NCBI GenBank assembly: GCA_951406725.2
Contig: OX597824.1
Coordinates: 28,954,001-29,018,000, forward strand
Direction of reading: 5' to 3'
Length of the DNA stretch: 64,000 nucleotides
Source of the DNA: Octopus vulgaris
Lineage: Eukaryota
The first letter of the stretch is position 1; each line of letters begins with the position of its first letter. The notes beneath the pieces were generated by a model. It was not told the DNA's origin. It did no database searches and worked only from the letters and a program-made list of their open reading frames with translations. This document shows, piece by piece, positions 1-9,180 of this stretch. A program made the position numbers and the translations under genes.

Positions 1-530
1 TATAAGGACATACACAAATTTTGTAAGTTCAAGACTTTTTCATCAGATCTCCAAAAAAATCGAACTTATCTGCGATTCTTGTTAATTTCAATAACAATCT
101 GTTCTTCTACACGACATGACAGTCACTATGTTTTTACTCAGACTTTCCTCTACTTGGTGTGGCAGTCACTTTGCCTCTTACTCGGATTTTCAGAAATTTT
201 GCATGACTGTATCCGAAAATTTCTTCATACAACTTGATCAAATATCCAATATGAGCTATATGTAGACATGCATAAATTCTATAGGTTTAAAACCTTTCAT
301 CAGATCTCCATGAATCGAACTTTCTTCAATGCAGTTAATCCTACAACCTCTTTTATATCTACCCCTTTTGATGATTGGGAATTCTCTGATATTTTTTCGG
401 CTGACGAGTACGAGCCATCTGTATTCACTGCATTTTTTGTAGCTTATTAAAGATGTCCTCGTACGAAACGATCGTACCGAGATTTTAATCCATTCTTGTT
501 GCTTTTTTCCTATTTATAATCACCCCACTT
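1..530. repeat. Degenerate tandem repeat, period ~255-258 bp, carrying a hammerhead (retrozyme/Penelope-like remnant)
   Basis: 1-100 (..tttcatcagatctcca..atcgaact..gttaat) recurs at ~259-350; ctgtatccgaaaattt (~217-232) resembles tcgtaccgagattt (~472-485). Confidence 0.5.
395..482 (+). ncRNA. Type I hammerhead ribozyme with extended stem II
   Basis: Stem I tttcgg(395-400)/ccgaga(477-482); core CTGACGA 401-407; stem II gtacgag(408-414)/ctcgtac(458-464), extended by catct/agatg; GAAA 465-468; palindromic CGATCG; GUA cleavage triplet ending at 476. Confidence 0.8.
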
Positions 531-627
531 GTCGTATGGCTAACACCATATAGATATCCGGTGCATCCTAGTTAAGGACCATATTCATGTGAATTCTTTA
601 GAATTCACTAGAATCTCAATTACTTAA

Positions 628-678
<51 letters not shown>

Positions 679-701
679 CATATACATACACACACACACA
701 C

Positions 702-737
<36 letters not shown>

Positions 738-1222
738 GTGTGTGTGTGTATTTTACTGTGTATGTACATGACCAGTAATATGTTAGAGATCATCGATTGA
801 TATACTTTACAATGGCGGAAAATGCGTTTGAAATTGAAGTATAAAGGAGAAAAAAACAAAGGAAAAATACATAAATTTTCAATTAATTTCAGATGTTGAT
901 TTCTTTCACTTGGAGAGTATTTATCATCATCGATATGAACTGTTGGTGCAGATTATTTTAATATCATCTTATTTAATTCTTTAATTCCATGTATGTGTGT
1001 GGATATGTGTGTATGTGAATGTGTGTGTTTGTGTATGTTTATAAACATTTGAATGTATATTTGGGATGATAGCTCGATAGTTTGAACTACTGAACAAGTT
1101 TTAGTTTGTTTTTCTGCTCTCGATGTTTTGATAGGTATATGTATTAACAAAATAATAAACAGCAACAAGTACTGACACATTAAGTCACACTGATACATAC
1201 ATACACATATACATACATACAA

Positions 1223-1296
<74 letters not shown>

Positions 1297-1298
<2 letters not shown>

Positions 1299-1487
1299 TT
1301 CTGCACGCATTTTTTTCTCTCCTTGTTTCTCTCCGTGTTTCTTTTCTGTGTATCTTTCTGTTGAAGAGCGTAGGCTCGAAACGTAAAAGACTTGTTTTAT
1401 TTATATTCCTGAGCGCCATACTAATACAATTGTTTGTTTGCACTCCACCCGCCTTCGTCTTTTGTTTATTTTCATAAAGCTTCCCGT
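1297..1487 (+). mobile_element. Short non-coding Penelope-like element between (TA)n tracts, with variant minimal hammerhead at 1353-1390
   Basis: tcttt CTGTTGA a gagc-gtag-gctc GAAA cg TA aaaga (A6->U in core); flanked by TA repeats; shares ttcctgagcg..aatac with 47454-47632. Confidence 0.55.
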
Positions 1488-1526
1488 TATATATATACAC
1501 ACACACACACATATATATATATACAC

Positions 1527-1557
<31 letters not shown>

Positions 1558-1576
1558 TGCATGTATGTATGTATAT

Positions 1577-1860
1577 ATAGGGTTATTCAAAAAGTATGAA
1601 ACGATTTCATTACGCAATATTTTAAGAAGGAAAAGCAATAGAAAACTCCAGCTAAATCGTAAGTATTTACTCACAATCAAATTTTATTTCTTGTCTTACA
1701 AGTGTTCAATATGGCCACCGCCTGCAGCACGGGCAACATCAACGCGATAAGAGAATTCCTCCCAGACACGTATCAGCATATCACGATCCACTGAGTTGAC
1801 CGCTGTTATCATTCGATGTTTAAATTCATCGAGGTTAGTAAGTAGCGGTTTATGTTCCAC
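1577..1860 (-). mobile_element. Tc1/mariner-superfamily transposon 3' end (transposase C-terminus and terminal region)
   Basis: Minus strand reads PLLTNLDEFKHRMITAVNSVDRDMLIRVWEEFSYRVDVARAAGGGHIEHL*, a typical Tc1/mariner C-terminus, and ends at a TA. Confidence 0.75.
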
Positions 1861-1864
1861 CGCC

Positions 1865-2495
1865 ACCCATTAACCTTTCACAATGCGATCGGAAAATCAA
1901 AAAAGAAAAGCTATACAAATGGGTACCACATGATTTGAATGAAAATCAGAAAATGCGGAGATATGAAACTTGCTTGCCGCTTCTTCTCCGTAACCAGACC
2001 TATCCATTTCCCGAACCCATTGTAACTTGCGATGAAAAGTGGATTATGTACAATAATAAAAAACAAAACCTTCTTCGCAGTGGTTGTATCAAAATGAAGC
2101 ACCGAAAACCTTCCCTAAAACCAAGCTCTTCAAAGATAAGGTTATGTTGACTTTCTGGTGGTGTACTGCTTCATTCATCCACTAGAACTGGTTAAAACCC
2201 GGGAAAACTGTTACTGCAGAAATGTATTGCCATGGAAATTGCCAAAATGAACGAAACACTGCTACTCCTTCGTCCCAGACAGGTGAACAGAAGAGGGGAC
2301 GATCATTCTTCATGAAAATGCTCGACCACAGTTTCACTAATGACACTCCTGAATTTGAGGGAACTTAGCTACGATGTTCTTCACTACCAGCTTATTTTCC
2401 AGACCTTTCTCCCACCGACTGCCAATTTTTCAAGCACCTTGATGCTTTCCTTCGATGCTTTCCTTGATGCTTTCAAGCACCTTGATGCTTTCCAA
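1865..2495 (+). pseudogene. Decayed mariner (DD34D-type) transposase
   Basis: IVTCDEKWIMYNN, LKPGKTVTAEMYC, HENARP and PDLSPTDCQFFKHLDAF motifs, broken by frameshifts and stops. Confidence 0.85.
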
Positions 2496-2829
2496 ATACA
2501 AAACTAATCCCATTTAAATGCCAGCCAGTATCATTGACTACCATTCATAGCAGTCCGACAAACGAGCTCCCGCTGCAAATTCCATGTGTCTATCAGCTGC
2601 TACTAATTTCAAACCACGACGAACAGAAAAGATGGCCTTGAAGTCGATGATTTTAAACTAACAGACAACACTCGTATATCGCCTGAGGAAACACAACTAG
2701 ATCCCATTATGCAAAGAAACAGTTGCATAATCAAATACCTGTATTCTTGGAAAACTACGTTGCGACGAAACAATTGTAGCGAAGAATAAATAAATATCCA
2801 ACTGTACTCGCTCTTCTTGATTCTGCATT

Positions 2830-3770
2830 TAGATTTGTATACTGTTCTTAATGGAGTGTGGTTTGCATATGCATTTGTTACAGTATCTACAAATGTCTGC
2901 CATGATGTATTTATGTTGAGTGGGGGGTCGTACGTGAAGGCCCAATCACTTTGCAAAAGATCATGATTGATCGCATCCCAGTCTGTGTTATGAGGATCCA
3001 TAGTGTCAAATGGATGGACTGGAGAGATGTCACAAGATTTGATCTTTGGATGGTAAAATATCAGTTCGCAGAGAGCCATGACATGGTCTGAGAGTAGTGG
3101 TGCTTTTTCCACTGCAATATTGAGGATCGTGTCAGTGTGGTTACTGAACACTAGGTCCAAGGTGTTTTTGTGACACCTTCTTGGTTCGAGAACAAGTTGG
3201 ATCAGGAAAAACTCATCCATGAAATCAAAAGCAATTCGATTGTTTCTTTATCAGGGGTTAAGGTGGAAAAACCTTGTTTCAAGCTGTTTGTAGACCAATC
3301 AACACCGGGAAGGTTGAAGTCCCTCATTATTAATATGTTGTCAGCTTGACACTGAGGGATGAAACGCTTAATACTGTCGCGGCATTCCTTGAAGCGTAGT
3401 AAAGGAGTTAGGGTGGCCTATAGAGCCCAACTACTATTAAATTGTTGGTTTTACTATACACAGAAGCTACTTCACAGCAGCCATTGGTAAATACGTCCAT
3501 TGCTTCAACAGAAAAAGAATCGTGCACAAGAGTGGCGGTCCCAACCTTTCTTCTGCCGACACCATCTGCACGGATGGCCGTAAAATTCTTCACCGTCACC
3601 TCAGTTTCCAAGTGGAGGTTTTTGTAATGGGTCTGTGTGAGGACAAAAAAAGGGATATGGTGCGGATGGTCTTTAACCTAGTCCTTAATAAATTGGATCT
3701 TCCATTTTTGGGCATTGGTGGAAGGGCTGGTGCCTTGTGCATTGAGCAAAAATGTTGCGGCAATAGTGGC
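2830..3770 (-). mobile_element. LINE ORF2 fragment: APE endonuclease (CR1/L2/Jockey-group-like), decayed
   Basis: LLNAQG (N-terminus), IVVGLYRPP, MRDFNLPGVDW, NTLDLVFSN and SDH motifs across frames. Confidence 0.8.
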
Positions 3771-3861
3771 GACTGATTTTGTCTGCTTTAGTGATTTGCT
3801 TGTTAATGGCAGCAATAGGAGTTTGTGCACTAGGATAATATACATCCATACAAACATACAA

Positions 3862-3937
<76 letters not shown>

Positions 3938-3986
3938 TATTTATATATTCATTTTAAATATACACACATATATACATATATATATA

Positions 3987-4037
<51 letters not shown>

Positions 4038-4440
4038 TTTTCTGGGGGGTTTTTGTCAACCACCAGATAACTTAGGACTAATAAAAGGAAAGGGCTGACT
4101 GAAAGTCTGAAAACAAGTATGGACGTTTAGGACAGATTTATGAAAACGTTTTCGACAGGCAAAAGGTTGGCATCATTACTGACGTGGTGAATGGCAAGAT
4201 GAAGGAACGAGTAAAATACTGGATTCAGTGCTTTACAGAATCTGTTCATAACATTCTGAGTTCAAATCCCAAAGTGGTCGATTTTGGCTTACATTTTCTT
4301 GGGATCAATAGGTTACAGTTCCGGTTAAATATTCGGGGTCCATTCAATCGGCTATTCACCTCTCGTATTCTTCCAAACAAAAATTTGTCTGGTCTTGTGC
4401 CAATGTTTATTTAGTAATCAGTATTACTATTGATACTACT

Positions 4441-4442
4441 AC

Positions 4443-4526
<84 letters not shown>

Positions 4527-4534
4527 AAGTAGTA

Positions 4535-4568
<34 letters not shown>

Positions 4569-4636
4569 TGATAATAATAATGATAATGATAGTCATAATA
4601 ATAATAATAATAATAATAATAGTAATAATAATAATA

Positions 4637-4695
<59 letters not shown>
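4441..4695. repeat. Compound trinucleotide microsatellite (GTA)n(ATA)n(TTA)n
   Basis: Direct reading; source of the poly-V/I/T ORFs. Confidence 0.95.
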
Positions 4696-4696
<1 letters not shown>

Positions 4697-4954
4697 TTCG
4701 TCATTGTTATTGATGCGAATGTTGTTGCTGTTGTTGATGTTCGATTCATTGTTTCCTAATTGGTTGCATTAATAATTCCTAAATACTATATAATTGGCTC
4801 AGATAGCAAACGGCAGGCAACAGTGATTCTTTTTATTCATCGGAGTAATTCATCCGTGAACGGACGTAACATTTCACGTCTCACTGCCACGTAAACAAGA
4901 ACGCCAACAAACAATCGATATATTGAACGGATAATCTCTCTCTCCTCCCCCCCT

Positions 4955-4990
<36 letters not shown>

Positions 4991-5127
4991 GCGCACACAT
5001 AATCTCCCACAAGCAGGCTGACCATTCTATAATTGGAAATCTTCTCGATCAGCATCACTTTTTCCCATCTTTGCAATAATGGATGTGGCTTCCATTCACA
5101 CACAAACACACACACACATGACCATCG

Positions 5128-5203
<76 letters not shown>

Positions 5204-5218
5204 TATGATTATCATCGT

Positions 5219-5410
5219 TAAGCCGAAGAGCTGGCAGAATCGTTAGCCTGCCGAACAAAATGCTTAGCGGCATTTCGTTCGTCTTTATGTTTTAGATTCG
5301 AATTCTGCAGACGCCGAAGTTGACTTCGCCTGTCATGCCGACGGACTCTATAAAATAAGTACCAGTTGAACAGCGGGGTCGATGTAGTCGACTTAACCGC
5401 TACCTCGAAT
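5219..5410 (+). mobile_element. tRNA-derived SINE, family A monomer (diverged)
   Basis: Head aagccgaagagctggcagaatcgttagc; B-box-like gattcgaattct; conserved aataagtaccag..ggggtcgatg. Confidence 0.7.
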
Positions 5411-5422
5411 ATTATTATCATT

Positions 5423-5703
5423 GAGTGAGAGAGCAGTGCATGCCATCATAGTGACACTGGGGTAAAATATACGAAGCCCAGTATACCCCTCTTGACTGCC
5501 TGTCTGATAAGGTTACACCAAGCACATGCATCACAACCATTTGTGCGCGACATGGTGATCTCATATCAAGATAAACACCAGGTGGGGCCCAGTTAGAATT
5601 TTCTTCTGGTCGAGTAGCCCATCCCGCTCAGAAGGTCCCTGAATAAGGATTGTTTAAGAATGTTGAACGAACCACCCATGTTTCCAAAGGTGAATTATCC
5701 AAA
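5423..5703 (+). mobile_element. Partial copy of the ~557-bp element seen at 21820 and 22541
   Basis: gagagagcagtgcatgccatc..gtgacactggggtaaaatatacgaagcccagtataccc shared; follows attattatcatt. Confidence 0.8.
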
Positions 5704-6022
5704 TCATTTTTATTATTATTTCTTCTTTCTCGCCCTTTTCAAGCCTAACCATGCTCATAGGCCCGGATTCCCGGTTTCTATGGCGTATGTGCTACCCCCT
5801 TCCCCGCTGGATATATATGTTGTATGTTGTATGTCTTGTTTCTCTGTTTTTATCGATGTTTGATAAAAAGTTCGTTTCTATGTTTTTGTTTTTATGTTCT
5901 ACTTATTTTGATGTCCTGTACCCATATATATATATATATACATATATATGTAGGTATGTATATGCATATATTTATATTATTATATGATCGAACGCCACGC
6001 ATCCTTTTCCAAGTAAGTTTTA

Positions 6023-6069
<47 letters not shown>

Positions 6070-6070
6070 A

Positions 6071-6583
6071 TGCCGGTCAAGTAGTGTGGAGCGACTGACC
6101 TCCCTTGTTCGAAGGTTATATGGATACAGTTTGTGTATCAAATAGCTAACTTAAGGCGATGGCCTCATGGAGCTAATAAGCGGACAGCTTTTTTTTTTTT
6201 TCTTATTTTTATAAGAATGCCATATTAGTATGGCGATAACTATTATTTTCCGGGAACGCTGCCGCTGTTCTCTTTTAGAGAGACTTAGTTATTTTAATAT
6301 TTCTATTATTGAAAACAAGTGGATGTATTCCACCGAAACTAGGTAAATAAAACCATCGAACAGAGATTGTCGGAAGCGACACCTACTGGCTGGCTACGCT
6401 GCATTGAAAAGGGGCAATACCCCGAAACGCGTCTGTAGCTGCCGGTCAAGTAGTGTGGAGCGACTGACCTCCCTTGTTCGAAGGTTATATGGATACAGTT
6501 TGTGTATCAAATAGCTAACTTAAGGCGATGGCCTCATGGAGCTAATAAGCGGACAGCTTTTTTTTTTTTTTTTCTTATTTTTA
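6071..6583 (+). mobile_element. Retrozyme-like/pseudo-LTR element: 369-bp unit plus ~143-bp terminal direct repeat
   Basis: 6071-~6212 is identical to 6440-~6583 except for poly-T length; starts right after a (TA)n tract; hammerhead immediately before the second repeat. Confidence 0.75.
6398..6439 (+). ncRNA. Minimal type I hammerhead, U3-A8 compensatory core variant
   Basis: gctgca TTGAAAA gggg-caata-cccc GAAA cgcg TC tgtagc: 6-bp stem I, 4-bp stem II, palindromic stem III, GUC site ending at 6433. Confidence 0.75.
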
Positions 6584-6719
6584 TATATAATATTTATTGG
6601 TATCTAGAAGGCCCAAGGTGGAAGGTAAGGCTATGTGCGTGCTATGGAAGGACCGCAGTTAAACTCTTGGTTCGATGATAATCCGAGTGAGGAGTCTAAT
6701 GCGGGTCGTGTATGAGCAT

Positions 6720-6850
6720 GTGTATATTAAACAAAATGAGACAACAAAGCTAAGGCTGCGTCGAATTTCCAGTACATCTGTAAAGAGAAAGTTAGTCTTA
6801 CAGCTGTTTCCTGGTTATTAGGGATATGCTTTCATCAGAGACAATGAGAC
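6720..6850 (-). mobile_element. Penelope-like pseudo-LTR arm with hammerhead motif (6795-6842); inverted partner at 7553-8065
   Basis: Minus strand gtct CTGATGA ... GAAA cagctg TA agac taactttctcttt...gccttagctttgttgtctcatttt; stem II decayed. Confidence 0.6.
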
Positions 6851-6884
6851 ATAGTTACATAGCAAGAAATAGTAGATTTCAATA

Positions 6885-7297
6885 TACTCTTTGCTCTTTA
6901 CTCTTTTATTTGTTTCAGTCATTTGGCTGCGGCCATGCTGGAGCACCGCCTTTAGTCGAGCAAATCGACCCCGGGACTTATTCTTTGTAAGCCCAGTACT
7001 TATTCTATCGGTCTCTTTTGCCGAACCGCTAAGTGACGGGGACGTAAGCATACCAGCATCGGTTGTCAAGCAATGCTAGGGGGACAAACACAGACACACA
7101 CACACATATATATATATATATACATATATATACGACAGGCTTCTTTCAGTTTCCGTCTACCAAATCCACTCACACGGCTTTGGTCGGCCCGGGGCTATAG
7201 CAGAAGACACTTGCCCAAGATGCCACGCAGTGGGACTGAACCCGGAACCATGTGGTTGGTTAGCAAGCTACTTACCACACAGCCACTCCTGCACCTA
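6885..7297 (-). mobile_element. tRNA-derived SINE, family B, full length
   Basis: Minus-strand head aggtgcaggagtggctgtgtggtaag..gggttcagtccc (A/B boxes), cttgggcaagtgtctt, internal (TA/TG)n, and a tail ending gaaacaaataaaagagtaaagag; same family at 60285-60705. Confidence 0.85.
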
Positions 7298-7552
7298 TAA
7301 GGAGTTCTTTTTTTGAAAGGGATGGGAATAACAAGTATAAAGGGAAATAAGAGAATAAAAGTGAAAATTAAAATATATGTAAGATATTAGAGTTGCAGTA
7401 ATATTTTCCAAGAAAAGTGGTGTGACGAAGTGGTAGAAATGCTTCTGGTCCATAGTATGTAAGTTCTGATAGGAGTTCATATTTTCTTATTATAAATGGT
7501 AGGTGTGGAGACGTAGATTCCATGTGTTGCTAATTCAAAGGGGCCTAACCAT

Positions 7553-7789
7553 CTCACATCGTCTCTGATGAAAGGACGTCCCTAATATACTAGAAAAAGC
7601 TGTAAGACTAACTTTCTCTTTATAAATATTCTGAAAATTCCTCACAGCCTTGGCTTTCACATACATATGCCCACGGGTATATGGCGTAGTGGTTAAGAGC
7701 ACGAGCTATTAACCCCAAGATTCCGAGTTCGATTCCAAGCAGTTACCTGAACAACAACAACAACAACAACAATAATAATAATAATAATA

Positions 7790-7877
<88 letters not shown>

Positions 7878-8065
7878 TAACATCGAAAAATACCTTAGGA
7901 ATGAGAACCCAGGTTCGAAATTTCCACAAGACACCTGAAGAAGACTGGAGGGTATATCGGCCGAAACGATGTGTTAACAACAAACAAGATGAGGACAAAT
8001 ATCCGACGAATGTAAATAATGTAAATAATAGCCTTGGCTTTGTTGTCTCATTTTATTTAACACAC
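7553..8065 (+). mobile_element. Second pseudo-LTR arm (hammerhead motif 7561-7608), interrupted by the 7658-8029 insertion
   Basis: gtct CTGATGA..GAAA aagctg TA agactaactttctcttt..agccttggcttt[insert]gttgtctcatttt is the reverse complement of 6720-6850. Confidence 0.6.
7658..8029 (+). mobile_element. tRNA-headed SINE with internal (AAC/AAT/GAT)n and a hammerhead-like 3' tail
   Basis: A box tggcgtagtgg 7682-7692; B box gagttcgattcc 7725-7736; motif gacac CTGAAGA a gactgg..tcggcc GAAA cgat gtgtt 7930-7975; 12-bp TSD agccttggcttt at 7646-7657 and 8030-8041. Confidence 0.75.
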
Positions 8066-8170
8066 GCAAAAACAAAGACACACACCTATATATATGTGTG
8101 TGTGAATATATGCATATTTGTATATATGTATGTATGTGTCTATATATGTATATATATATCTATATCTATC

Positions 8171-8207
<37 letters not shown>

Positions 8208-8928
8208 ATAGGTGTTTATACGCAGAGACAGAAACTGAAGATAGTGTTTAGGGGCAAATACCAAATGGTAGCCCTCTTTGTACAAAATTTGCATAATTTG
8301 GAGTCTCACAAATCGCACACGTGCATACACACAAACATCTACACCCAAACACACACAAACAAACAAACAAACAAGCAAGCAAACAAGTAAACAAGCATTC
8401 AAGTTCACTTAGAAAATCAAATCAGCAATGAAAGTCTATCTAACACAGTCCGTCAAATGCTATCTACAGACACACATATACAGAAGCATTAAAACACGCA
8501 GCGTTTGGATACACTTGCGTGAACACCATATACATACACATGATATATAAATAGAACGATTGGCTTGTGAAAACATTCTACATCTGCTGGCTGTCTGGAA
8601 GTTCTTCAGTCTCGAAATGAGCCACCTTTTAAATACACTCTGACAGACCAAGCATAGTCTATTAATATCACATTTCGGTGAGCTTGGATTAGCAGAATCG
8701 GTGGAGCGTCTACTAAGATAACTTTTGATAACTCTTGCGATTCTTTAAGTGAGTTCTAATGACGCTGTGTTTGACTTCGGCTTCCAGTTTTCCGGAGGTC
8801 GATGAAATAAAGAACCAGTGAAATAATGGTGTTGATCTAATGGACTTCATCTCTTCTCCAAGATAAAATAAGTACCAGCTCAGGATTGAGGTCGATGTAA
8901 CCCCTCCCCCAAATTTGCTGGCCTGAAG

Positions 8929-9097
<169 letters not shown>

Positions 9098-9180
9098 GGC
9101 AGTCCCCCTCCCCACTAAATTTCAGGCCTTGTGCCTATAGTAGAAATTATTATTATTATTATTATTATCATTATTATTAT

